Source of the DNA: Mobula birostris
Lineage: Eukaryota
Direction: 5' to 3'
Assembly: GCF_030028105.1 (NCBI RefSeq)
Contig: NC_092389.1
Span: 13,999,180 to 14,063,179, forward strand
Length of the DNA stretch: 64,000 nucleotides
A model generated the notes under the pieces. That model was not told the origin of the DNA. It did no database searches and saw only the letters and a program-made list of their open reading frames with translations. This document shows, piece after piece, positions 51,201-62,500 of this stretch (its first letter is position 1; each line of letters opens with the position of its first letter). The position numbers and the translations under genes are program-made.

Positions 51201-53288
51201 AATTTTCCACTTTCAGATTATGTTGGGTAAAAAAGAAGCCCATCTTATCCTTAACGACCCGGCTGGGAACAGTTATCTCCAGGCAAGTACTAATGCAGTA
51301 GCTTCAATGATACACCATCATTAATTGTGCTTAGCACTGTATACTGTTTACTTTGAGCTTCATGTGAGCAGAAATTAATTGCAGTCTGATGTATATGACA
51401 GTAAACTAATCTTGAGAGTGAAAAAACAGATGGTAACTTCCCTCTAATTAAGCTCATGGAAAAATTACAGCACTGAAGGAGGCCATTTTGGCCTATGTCC
51501 ATGACAGAAATGGATTTTTGTTGTTAAGATTCAGCAAAAGCTGAATTTGCTCTAGACCAAGTCTCCCCAATAGGGTGTTAAGTTTTTCTTTTGCTAGTGT
51601 GAATAAACCAGAATACTTAACTGTCACTATTTACAGACTAACCAGTGTCATAATGTGCATACCTTTTTCATTTATTCTCTACCTGGACGTGGCATAAAAT
51701 ACTGGTATTGCTATTAATATCCTTTAATTGCTCCTGAATTGCGTATCAACCATCTTACTGGGTCTGGAGTCATACACAGGCTAGACAAGGTAAGATACAG
51801 GGTTCCTTCCCTCAAGGGGCATTAATGAACCAGATAGTGTTTCTTAATGGCAACTCAGTCAATTCATACTTACTATTTCTGAGACAGTACCAAATTTTAA
51901 CTTCATTCAATTACCTAAATTTAATTTCCCTAAAATATCCAAAGATTCAAAGTACATTTATTATCAAACTATGTATGAGTATACAATCCTGAGATTCATC
52001 TTCCCACAGACAGCCACAAAACATAGAAATCCATGGAACCCACTCAAAGAAATAAATCAACCCCCCCAGCGCAAAAACAAACAAATCGCGCAAATGGCAA
52101 CAAAAACATCACCCTCCCCATGTGCAAAAAAACCCAAATCTCACAAATGGTAACATGGACATGATGCCCCCACGTGCAGAAAAACAAATCACTGAAATGG
52201 CAACAAGAACATCACCCTCTCACGTGTAGGGAAAAAAAAAACGCGCAAATGGCAACAAGGACATCCCCCCCATGTGCAAAAAAAACGAATTGCGCAAACA
52301 GCAACAAGAATGAATGAGTGAAAACACAGAAAATAAAACAAAATCGAAAGAGTCCATATTCAGTTCAGCTCAGTGTTCATTAGTCCAATCCACAAACCAC
52401 AGACCCAGAACTTCGGTAGCATCCTCCGACGGCATCAAGAGAGAGAGAGTGAGCGAGCGACCACTTAAACGCAGGGTCTTCCCTTGGGAGCAGTGAACGA
52501 GTGGGAGAGCAAGACTGTCATGCAGACACCTTCCTCCGGCAGCAACAAACGAGAGGCTGGTAGATGGTGCTGAACTCTCACTCGCATTTCGCACTTGCCT
52601 CTATGTTTTCAATCTTCATGAATGCTTAGATCGGTGAGAAATGGAGTTGATCATCGGCTCTCTAAGCTGCTTGCCTCCCAGAACTTTCTCGGAGATAGTA
52701 AAGTGCCAGATCACTCAATTGGCCCGAAAACACACCATTAAAGTGTAGGTCACAGGCTTCACCAATACCAGAACCACATTTGAAAGAAAGAAGACGTAAA
52801 AGAAGTGAAAGAAACAGTTTCATAGACCATCTGGAGAATGTTGCCGGTGGTAGCATTGTTCGCTGGTGCTATCTTCCGGATGGTAGAAGAATTATGGTAG
52901 GGTTGAAACTTTTGTATCTGGACCAGTAGGCTAGATCTCTGACTGAACCTCGTGCTACTATACTCAATATCGTCCTTTCAATGAATAAGCAAGGTGCCAA
53001 ATCTAGACAGTGGATCTTTTGCAGTAACAACTTGAGGTACTTGATTTAAGAGACTGATGGCAGAAGAGAGAATGCATGGCGGAGAATCCTAGAGACTTGG
53101 AAAATTTTAATTTTTTTTTTGTCATTTCTAATGTTTGCTTGTTTTTCTTTCACTAGAATTTGTATGCCCCTGATCCTGATCCACAAATGACGATAGAGAA
53201 ATATGAGCGCACGTTTGAACAAAATGAGGAACTAGGTTTGAATGATATGAAAACTGAAAACTATCAGCCACAGAAAATGGATAAATAG
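33242..53288 (+). CDS. ZPR1: Zinc finger protein ZPR1, 14 coding exons, 445 aa: join(33242-33367, 34479-34640, 37039-37129, 38978-39048, 39667-39753, 41009-41131, 43447-43497, 44797-44863, 48005-48075, 48815-48904, 49129-49239, 50581-50670, 51217-51282, 53157-53288)
   Basis: Exons sum to 1338 nt in one frame. Motifs: [123 protein letters not shown]. Two C4 zinc fingers. Synteny with APOA genes and BUD13. Confidence 0.96.
33420..33610. mobile_element. Palindromic Penelope-terminus-derived short element in ZPR1 intron 1
   Basis: Arms ATGCTGGAGGAACTCAGCAGG.. / ..TGCTGAGTTCTTCCAGC around a centre ACAGTCGACGTTTCGGCCCGAAATACCGACTGT. Related pieces at ~57710-57835 and ~59340-59450. Confidence 0.65.
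35525..35928 (+). mobile_element. Short element derived from an RTE-clade 5' UTR
   Basis: Contains TGGTCCTCCAGGTT..GGGGTT..GGGCTAACAACCC..AAAA..TTGTTACGGAAAC, a motif I recognise from RTE 5' regions. Confidence 0.5.
36188..36826 (-). mobile_element. CR1 LINE 3' fragment (RT C-terminus)
   Basis: [70 protein letters not shown]. Confidence 0.9.
37715..38460 (+). mobile_element. Old Penelope-like element fragment
   Basis: TTCCGCTTGGGGAGCTGACAGTTCAATGGCATGAATGTTGAATTCT (decayed FRLG.LQP.GMNVEF end of the GIY-YIG ORF), followed by the pyrimidine-rich tail also seen at 59235-59450. Confidence 0.5.
41745..42710 (+). mobile_element. L2 LINE 3' fragment
   Basis: [14 protein letters not shown]..; [51 protein letters not shown]; EHIIPV..LYWLPV. 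3' end TGTAAAGCACTTTGAACTGCCTTGTG..TATACAAATAA. Confidence 0.85.
44152..44435 (+). mobile_element. V-SINE-like SINE
   Basis: tRNA-like head (TGGTAGTGTAGTAGTTAGC, GGTTGAATCC) plus GAGTTTGTACATTC..TTTCCTCCGGGTGCT..CACATTCCAAAGA core. Confidence 0.6.
45885..46935 (+). mobile_element. Rex1/Babar-type LINE fragment
   Basis: Similar to 3225-4282 (TATAAATTTGCTGA, CACTCAACGTCAGTAAGAC.AAAGA..TGATTGTGGACTTCAG, 3' CCAGTGATATTAAACTGGATTCTG). Confidence 0.8.
47398..47930 (+). mobile_element. CR1 LINE 3' fragment inside the U12 intron of ZPR1
   Basis: [51 protein letters not shown]; tail TTTCTATGTTTCTA. Confidence 0.9.
52060..52312. repeat. Degenerate ~50-bp minisatellite (about 5 units) within an interspersed element in ZPR1 intron 13
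   Basis: Recurring AAATC.CGCAAATGGCAACAA.AACATC.CCC.CCA.GTGCAAAAAAA at ~52083, 52136, 52186, 52240 and 52288. Confidence 0.75.
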
Positions 53289-54377
53289 TGCAATAACAGT
53301 CAATTGAGAACAGGTTGAAGAGAAAGCTAATGTGATTGTCACGTGAAAATAGTTCATTCTCAAAAGAAACATTATAAAGGACAAGGCATTGAAGTATTTA
53401 TAGAAGAATTTGACATGGGGCTGGGCCATTTCAAACAAGAAGCAATCAAAATGTCTTGAACATTGGCATGGTGTTTGATTGAATAATAGTTCCTCTTCGG
53501 GGAATGTGTCCAGTATTAGTTTCTGCTCTATCCTTGAAGCTCTGTGTATGCTTCAGCAGCAGTTTCCTGATCAAGATGAAAAGAGTGGAATTTACAGGGA
53601 AGAACCTACTTGCTACCATCTGAAAGGCAGCCACCTTGTATTCTTTGTGCACTTTGAATTCCTAGTACTATTTCTCAGTCCTAATTTTGGATAACCTTAT
53701 CCAAACTCTTTCAAGCCCTTAAATGTAAAGGGTTTCCTGGATATCCCACAGATAAGACTGAAATTGTTATCCAGATTATTAGTCAATTGCCTCTGTAGAC
53801 TATTAGTAGTCACACAAAATTCAGCCATAAAGTATTTAATAAATATCAGAAATATCCCTTTCATTTCTCTTGACCAGCTGGCAAAACTAAATCTGAATAA
53901 AGCGCTTCAGTGATCAAAATTGCCAATGGCAGATGTTTGAAAGAAGCTGATGTGAATTTCATCCTACATGAAAGGGTGACTTCTGTCTGGTCCATGAGCT
54001 GAAAGGGATCAATGCTGTTATCTTGTCTGTATTTTATGTCATTGATGAGAAAAAGGGATGGTTAGCATTGGAAAGGCTTTTGCCCTTCGGAATCTTGTTA
54101 TGATGACTGAAACTGTGTAATTTGTTTCATGCTGCTGTTTGAGGCTCTCTCTCTACAGTTCTGTATACTCATCATTGGGATAATATGAACATTTTGGATG
54201 GTTATATTTTAGTGGAAGAAAAAAATAATAAATCAAATGTTAAGAACTCAAGAATCTTGGAAGTGTTGACCTCTGTTTACTCTTTGAATTGAATATCTGA
54301 AATTTGAATGAAGATGCCTTCATTGTTATTTTCATCTGTAAAGTTGGACCTGAGGGCCTGTGCTGTTCCATAACACA

Positions 54378-57290
54378 CTGTAGGAGCGCAATTAGGCCAA
54401 TTGCCCCATCTTGTCTGCTTTGCCACTCCATCATGGCTGATTTATTATCCCTCTTAACTCCATTCTCATGCCTTCATAACCTTGATGTCATTGCTAATCA
54501 AGTGCCTATCAACCTCTGCTGGGGAACCACTGTAGTGTAACAATTAGCCAGATGCTATTATAGCTTGGGATGTTGCCATCTGTAAGAAGTTTGTATGTCC
54601 TTCCATGAGCGTGTGGGTTTCCTCCATGTGCTCCAGTTCCCACATTCCAAATAGGTCCCAGTTAATAAAGAAATTCCTTCTCATCGGTTCTAAAGGGATA
54701 TCCTCCTGAAGCTGTGCCTGCTGGTCCTAGACTTCCCCACTATATGAAACATCCTCTCAATGTCCACTCTGCCAGTCTTTCAGTATTCGATAGGTTTTGA
54801 GATTCCACCCCTCCACCTCCAGTCATTCTTCTAAACTTAAGTACTAGCCCAGAGCTATCAAACACTCCTGATACATCGACCCTTTCATTCCTGGGATAAT
54901 TCTTGTGAACCTTCTTTGGACTCTCCTACGCCACACATCTTTTCTTAGATAAGGGGGCCCAAAACTCTTCACAATACTCTCAATTACGGTCTGACCCATG
55001 TCTTATAAAGCCTCAGCATTACATCCTTGCTTTTATATTGCATTTGCCTTCCTTAATACCGACTCAACCTGCAAATTAACCTTTAGGGAATCTTGTATGA
55101 GGACTTCCAAGTTCCTTTGCACTTCTGATTTCTGAATTTTCTCCCCATTTAGAAAAATAGTCTACACCTTTATTCTTTCTACCAAACTGCATGACCATAC
55201 ACTTCCCAATACTGAATTCCATCTGCCACTTCTTTGCCCATTCTCCTAATCTGGCTATGTCCCTTTGTAGATTCCCAGCTTCAAAACTACCTGCCCCTCC
55301 ACCTATTTTTGTATCATCCACAAACTTGGCTACAAAACCATCAATTCCATCATCCAAATCAATGACAGAGGGATAAGGTCAGCAATTTTAAATTCCTTGA
55401 TGTTATCATTTCAGAGGACCTGTATTGGGCCAGTACACAAGTGCAATTACAAAGCAAGCACGGCAACATCACTATTTGAGAGTTTGCAAAGATTCGGTGT
55501 GACATCTAAAACTTCGACAAGCTTCTATGGATGTGTGACGGAGAGCATATAGGAGAGAGACTGAAAATCTGGCTGAGTGGTGCCACAATAACAACCTCTT
55601 ACTCAATGTCAGCAAGACCAAGAAGCTGATTATTGACTTCAGGAGGAGGAAACAAGAAGTCCATGAGCCAGTCCTTATCAGAGGTGGAGAGGGTCAGTAA
55701 CTTTAAATTCCTCATTAGCTTGGATGACCTGTCCTGGGCCTAGCACATAACTGCATTTACGAAGCAGCAGCACCTCTATTTCCTTAGGAGTTTGTGAAGG
55801 TTCAGCATGACATCTAAAACTGTGACAAACTTCTATAGATGTGTAGTGGAGAGTATATTGACTGGCTGCATCACAGCCTAGTATGGAAACACCAATGCTC
55901 TTGAATGGAAAATCCTATAAAAAGTAATGGATATGTCCCAGTCCATCACGGTAAAGTCCCCCCCGTCATTGAGCACATCTACACAGAGTGCTGTTGCAGG
56001 AAAGTAGCATCCATCATTAGGGACCCCAACACCTAGCTCATGCTATCTTCTCACTGCTGCTGTCAGGAACATGGTACAGGAGCTTCAGGACTTGTACCAC
56101 TAGGTTCAGAAAGTTATTGCCACTGAACTATTTTGCTTCTGAACCAAAGAGAATAACTTCACTTATCCCATCACTGAAATGTTCTAACAATCTATAGACT
56201 CACTTTCAAGCACTCCACCTCAAGTTCTTGATATTTGTTTATTATTTCTTTCTTTTTATATTTGCACAGTTGGTTGTCTTTTGCACACTGGTTATACACC
56301 CACTTGGTGCAGTGTTTCATTGATTCTATTATGGTTAATGGATTTATTGAGTATGCCCACAAGAAAATGAATCTCATGGTTGTATATAGTGACATGTGTA
56401 CTTTGAACATGTAAACAGACGCTCCCGACACCAGCTCCTGCAGGTCACTGGCAGCCAACCAGAAAAGGCCTTGTTTATTCTCAATTTTTGCCTCTGTCAA
56501 TCAGCCAATCTTCTATCTGTGTTAGTACCTTTCCTGTAATACCATGGGCTCCTGTCAAACAGCCTCATGTGTGGCACCTTTTTAAAGGGCTTCTGATAAT
56601 CCAAGTAAACAACATCCACTGATTCCTTAGTCTATCCCGCCTGTTATTTCCTCAAAGAATTCCAACAGATTTGTCAGGCAAGATTTCCCCAAAAGGAAAC
56701 CACGCTGACTTTGCCCATTTTCATCATGCACCTCCAAGTATCCCAAAACCTCATTCTTAATGGACTTAACATCTTCCCAGCCATTGAAGTCCAGCTAACT
56801 GGCCTATAATTTCCTTCGTTTTGCCTCCCTCCCTTAAACAGTGGGGTGGCATTTACAATTTTCCTGTCGTCCAGAACCATTCTAGAATCTAGTGATTCTT
56901 GAAAGATTAATTACTAGTGCCTCCACAATCTCTTTAGCTATCTCTTTCAGAACCCTGGGGTGTAGTCCATCTGGCCCAGGTAACTTATCTACCTTCAGAC
57001 CTTTCAGCTTCCCAAGCACCTTCTCCTTAAGAGATGTTCTTCCCTGACAGTCTTGAATTTCTGGCATACTGCTGATATCTTTCACAATGAAGGCTGACAC
57101 AAAATACTTATTAAACTTGTTTGCCATTTCTTTGTCCTCCATTACTACCTCTCCAGCATCATTTTCCATGATCTGATATACACAGTATAAAGAGGTGAGA
57201 GTGGATATCTGAAAAAACTTTTGGTGTCCTCTTTTATATTATTGCTTAGTTTGCTTTGATATTTCATTTTTTCTCTCATTGTTCATTGAA
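54378..57290 (-). mobile_element. CR1 LINE (RT region) interrupted by a V-SINE (~54521-54668) and a Rex1/Babar LINE (~55367-56410)
   Basis: KGLKVDKLPGPDGLHPRVLKE, TPLFKGG..GNYRPVS, DDGIDGFVAKFVDDTKIGG and W..KWQMEF occur in the expected order on the minus strand. Confidence 0.85.
55367..56410 (+). mobile_element. Rex1/Babar-type LINE nested in CR1
   Basis: GAGTGGTGCCACAATAACAACCTCTTACTCAATGTCAGCAAGACCAAGAAGCTGATTATTGACTTCAGG (WC.NNNL.LNVSKTK.LI.DFR); 3' end ACTTTGAAC. Confidence 0.8.
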
Positions 57291-58244
57291 ACCAGCTTTA
57301 TTCTAGTATGTAGTCTCTACCATCTCCCATTCTTCATAACCATCTGATCTACAGGAGGAGGCAAGAGATCAAACCGGGTACAAAAGTTTTTCATTTCATG
57401 ATAACTTACAGAATTTAGAATTTATTTAAATTCTAAAGATTATTTAAATCTTACATTCATCCCACAATGTGAGGGAGTAAAATCTTTGCATTATAACTCC
57501 ATTGCAATGTACAGATATGTGCCACATGTCTCAATAAACCCTCCTGTAGCAAAATACTAACTGCTGGGAATGCGCAGCAGGCCAGGCAGCATCTATGGAA
57601 ATAGACAAGTGAGACGGGAAGAGTGGAAATCAGGACAGACTGGAAGGTGAATTGGTTGAGCACTTTTTTGCTATGTCTTATAACAAGCAACAATTAACTC
57701 TGACAACAGGAATTCTGCAGATGCTGGAAATTCAAGCAACACACATAAAAGTGCTGGTGAACGCAGCAGGCCAGGCAGCATCTCTAGGAAGAGGTACAGT
57801 CGATGTTTCAGGCCGAGACCCTACGTCAGGACTCTGCATGGATCAATCATAAGTGCTTATATTTTACTTGCTGCAAGGGAAAACTAGGACTGTACAAGAG
57901 CTAGTGATGGCTTCGAAAAACAGACAGAATACACAAATCCTTTATAAAATAGTCCTTTATACACAAATGTTCATGGTCAGAGTGTATTCTGTTTGCATGT
58001 TCAAGCAGTGTACTTGGCATTCTCTTCCAGTAATGCATCTGTTTATCTTTCTGTAGTTTGTCGTATACTCAAGGTCCATCGACATAATGTTACACAAACA
58101 CTATTAGCAAACTACTCTGGTACAACATAGGTTCCATTTTGCCATTTTGTTAACACAAGTACATTTCCACACGTGGAACCAAATGAAGGAGGTGTGGTGG
58201 GCAGATGCAAACGGAAGGGGACAGAGAAATGGTGCTGCACTTTC

Positions 58245-58556
58245 TTAAGAACACAAGAAATAGGAGCAGGAGTAGGCCATCCGGCCCATCGAGCCTGCCT
58301 TGCCATTCAATAAGATCATGGCTGATCTGTCTGTAACTCAGCTCCATCTACCTGCCTTTACTCCATAACCCTTAATTCCCTTACTATGTAAAAACCTATC
58401 TAACTGTATCTTAAATATATTTAGTGAAGAAGCCTCAACTGCTTCCCTGGGCAGAGAATTCCACAGATTCACTACTCTCTGGGAAAAGCAGTTTCTCCTC
58501 ATCTCCATCCTAAATCTTCTCCTCCGAATCTTGAGGCAATGTCCCCTAGTTCTATT
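58245..58556 (-). mobile_element. CR1 LINE 3' fragment
   Basis: [41 protein letters not shown] plus CR1 3' UTR. Confidence 0.85.
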
Positions 58557-58829
58557 CTTTCCTATAATATGTGGCCTGTTGTTGGCTCCAGTTATCATCT
58601 TGACAGCTTTTGCTTTACCCCTTCTCACCTCTTTTATACTGGCTATTTCCCCTGATGTTTCAGTCCATATGAAGGGCCTCAACCTGAAATGCAGTTGGTG
58701 CATTTCCCTCCACAGATGCTGCCTGACAGCTGAGCTTCTCCAGCAATATTTTGCTCTAGATCCCAACATCTACAGTTTTTGTGTCACTTTTCTCTGTAGA
58801 AGGTTTCACTTCTTTCAAACCTGAGTAAG

Positions 58830-59455
58830 AAACTGAGAAGGGATAGGTGGAAGAGGTAAAGAACTGAAGGAGGAGGAATCTAATAGGAGAGGACAGTGGA
58901 CTATGGAAGAATGGAAAGGAGGAGAACTGGAGGGAGGTGATGGTCCGGTAAGGAGAAGGGGTGAGATTGTAACCAGAATGGGGAATGGAAAAAGAGAGGA
59001 GGAGGAGAGAAAGTGGTGTTCATGCCGTCGGGTTGGAGGTTACCCCGCCGACTGTGAGTTGTTGCTCCTCCAACCTGAGTTTGGCCTCATCATGGCAGTA
59101 GAGGAGGCCATGGACTGACATATCAGAGTAGGAATTCGAATTGAAATGGGTGGCCACCGGTAGATCCACCTTACTTTCGCGTCGGACAGAGCGAAGATGC
59201 TCGACAAAGCGGTCCCCAAATATGCGTCGGGTCATACCTTTTCACTCACCTGATCCCAGCTATCACCTGCCACTGCCAGCTTGTACTCTTTCTCCTCTCC
59301 CCACCACCTCATTCTGGTTTCCGCTCCTTCCTTTCCAGTCCTGATGAAGGGTCTCAGCTCGAAACTCGACTGTTTATTCACTTCCATAGTTACTGTCTCG
59401 CCTGCTGAGTTCATTCAGCATGTTGTGTGTGCTGCTTTGGATTTCCAGCATCTTT
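58830..59455 (-). mobile_element. Penelope-like element remnant: GIY-YIG endonuclease fragment (59235-59020) with an inverted terminal repeat
   Basis: TRR.FGDRFVEHLRSVR..DLPVATHFNS..SDMSVHGLLYCHDEAKLRLEEQQL..(GNLQPDGMN) is a PLE endonuclease C-terminus. Flanked by a purine-rich (58830-59010) and a pyrimidine-rich (59235-59340) copy of the tail in opposite orientations. Confidence 0.8.
59336..59372 (+). ncRNA. Minimal type I hammerhead ribozyme motif (Penelope-associated; probably degenerate)
   Basis: CAGTC-CTGATGA-AGGG-TCTCAG-CTC-GAAA-CTC-GACTG. Stem I is CAGTC/GACTG, the core boxes CUGAUGA and GAAA are present, and stem II is short. Lacks one G of the usual GAAACGUC. Confidence 0.55.
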
Positions 59456-59479
59456 TATGATTTGCCGCTCAGTTTGACG

Positions 59480-59562
59480 ACTGTCGCGCGCTTGAATGGA
59501 GCGGCGTTACGTCATGACGCCCCTGTTGCTTGGTGACAGGCGCGGTGTTGGTAGGGATTGCG
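59480..59562 (+). promoter_or_regulatory. BUD13 CpG-rich proximal promoter with CRE/ATF-like and RFX X-box-like motifs
   Basis: Local CpG enrichment. TTACGTCATGACG at 59507-59519 and GTTGCTTGGTGAC at 59525-59537, just upstream of the ATG. Confidence 0.5.
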
Positions 59563-62500
59563 ATGGCGGGCCTCAGCAAAGAGGAATACTTGAAGCGGTA
59601 CCTTAGTAGCTCAGACTCCGGGAAGCGCCGAGACCGGGACCTTCCAGCCGGGCGGAAAAAGCGAAAAGTGAAGATCAAAGGCGGAGGGTAAGAAGTCATG
59701 AAGCTTACCGGTGTCCGCTCGCCTGGGTGCCAGGAGTGGCCTATGGTCGGGCCCGGCGAAGGCACAGCATCGCCAGCTCTTCACAACTTAGTCGGTCAGT
59801 CAGCATCTATGCAGAGAAACTGACAGTTCACCTTTCGTTATAGACCCTTCAATCCACTCCCTATTCCTCTTACAGATGCTGTTCGACTCTTAGTTCCTCC
59901 AGATTTTTTATTTGCTCTGAGTTTCTCAGCATTTTTCGTGTTGAAAAACGGAGAAGATTCCAGCATCTGCAGTCTCTTGCGTTTCAGCTTTTAACTCTTC
60001 ACTATCTCTAACCTCTATGCCATCAGTCTATTGGTATACACCTCCACTCTTAAAAAGAGGACCCAATTCATCCCAGAATTTGCCCCCGTGTACCGTTTTA
60101 GTTTATTTTTAGAAATAAACTATTTTTCTCAAAGTATATACAGGAAATACCGTACAATCAATATGTCTTTTTAAAATTAATTGTGCTGTCAAACCAATTT
60201 ATTCTGTTTAGAAAGAACCAATGGCAGGTGCGTGGCCTCTTTGAACAATATGCCTATCAAGTATTTGAGAAGCAAATAGATAGTACTCAGCCCCTCAGTA
60301 TCCAGTGGTGTCAGGAAGGACTTTAGTGCTTTCCCACAAAGCCTTCGCATTGGTTGTGTCGAGCTTCTGTGTTCCTCAGCATGCATTCCTGCAACCTGGA
60401 TTGTGCCACCAGCAGCTCTTGCTTGCTGACATCTTGTACAAGAAGAATAATGAGATTTGGGCTGACCAAAGTACACCTTTCACACAGTTGATTATCTTTC
60501 AGTACTAGTTGACGTTTTCTTGGTATGCATCCCTTAGTTCTCTGTCACACAGTTACTGGTGAGAAACCTTGATAAGAACCCTTGTATCCTTTTCCAGAAT
60601 TTCTTGGCAAGCACACAGCCCACAAAGAAGTAGATGATCATTTCATTCAGATTTCAACGATTTCATTTACATTTGCTCTTTGTTAACCATCTAGATTTGC
60701 TTTGATCACCACCTTTTGTAATGTAAAAAAAATCTCCTATCACAATTGGTCTACACATGTTGCTCCCTTTATTGTATGCTGTACATCCAGTTTATTCTTT
60801 ATAAGGCCATGCACTCTAACCCATTGCATAAGTAGCCCTATGTTATTATTTTGTACTGAAGAGTTGCATTTTTACAGTGAAGAGCTCTGGGTTTATCAAC
60901 GCCTTGAAAAATTGTACTCTACTAAAACTTCAGTTAAATTGTGGAGAAAACAAAGAACACAAGTCATGTTCTTGAACAAACTTTGTGAAAAGAAAGAAAT
61001 TTTCCTCTTATATTTTTATTATTAAAATTGCTTAAAATAAAGTCCTGTTACCTCTCATACTATATTGGGGGTGAAATTTTGGTCAATTTTGCACACTATT
61101 GACAAGTTAAATATATATCTTCCAGAAGATATTTTCTTCTATTTTCAGGCAGGAATAAATAATGCTTGAGTATTTATTCAAATCCAAAATCCTAATTGAA
61201 TTATAAACATGAGATTCGGCAGATGCCAGAAATCCAGAGCACATAATGCACATAGAATTTAAGAACATAAGAAATAGGAGCAGGAGTAGGCCATCTAGCC
61301 TGTTGACCCTGCTCCCCCATTCAATAAGATCATGGCTGATCTGGCCATGGACTCATCACCTATCTGCCTTTTTCCCATAATCCTTAATTCCCCCACTATG
61401 CAAAAATATATCTAATCTTGTCTTAAATCTATTTACTGAGGTAGCCTCCACTGCTTCATTGGGCAGAGGATTCAACAGATTCACCATCCTCTGGTAAAAG
61501 CAGTCTCTGTCCTAAATCTATTCCCCCTGAATCCTGAGGCTATGTCCTCTAGTTCTAGTCTCCTATCAGTAGAAACAACTTTCCTGCCTCTGTCTTATCT
61601 ATCCCTGTCATAATTTTATATGTTTCTATAAGATCTCCTCTCATTCTTCTGAATTCCAGCGAGTACAGTCCCAGGTGACTCAATCTCTCCTCAGTCTAAT
61701 CCCCTTATCTCTGGAATCAACCTGGTGAACCTCTTCTGCACCGCCTCCAAAGCCAGTATATCCTTCCTCAAGTAAGGAGACCAGAACTGCACACAGTACT
61801 CCAGATGCGACATCACCAGTACCCTGTACAGTTGCAGCGTAACCTCCCTGCTGTTAAATTCAATCCCTCCAGCAATGAAGGCCAACATTCCATTTGCCTT
61901 CTTGATAGCCTGCTGTACCTGTAAACCAACCCTCTGCGATTCATACACAAACACTCCCAAGTCCCTCTGTACAGCAGCACGCTGCAATCTTTTACTATTT
62001 AAATAATAACCTGCTCTTTCATTTTTCCTTCCAAAAGGCTGAGACCCTTTTCTTGACCTGAAAATTCTGTTCTTTATTCCTCTCCATAGATGCTACTTCC
62101 AGTATTTTGTGGTGTTACTTTGTAATTGAATCTGTGTCCCCAGGTCTTTCAGGAAATTTTATTTGACATGATATATAGCCTTTCTGAATAAACATATTTA
62201 ACTTCCCATCTTTACCTAGTTACTAATTCTGTCTCTTTTGTTGATTGTTTTTTTTTCTGAAACTGGAAGCAGTAACTAAGAAGTTATTAAAATCCTTTGT
62301 GACTTTAAATACCACAAATCTATCTTAAGGCAGCCTTGGCCCCTTGAGTCTCTCACCTAACTGAAGAGCTTAGTCTTTGATACTGTACAGTCTCCACTTT
62401 GCCTTTTGCAAGTTCATTGCATCCTCACTAAAGTATAGTGTCTAGTGTTAAAGCCCACTAGAACAGTGCTTTACTTAGGTTTAGTGTGATTTTTTTGCTT

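Noticed and set aside
52060-52312. CRISPR-like repeat-spacer array
   Set aside because: Eukaryotic intron; the units are degenerate along their whole length and the supposed spacers are homologous to each other. No cas genes.
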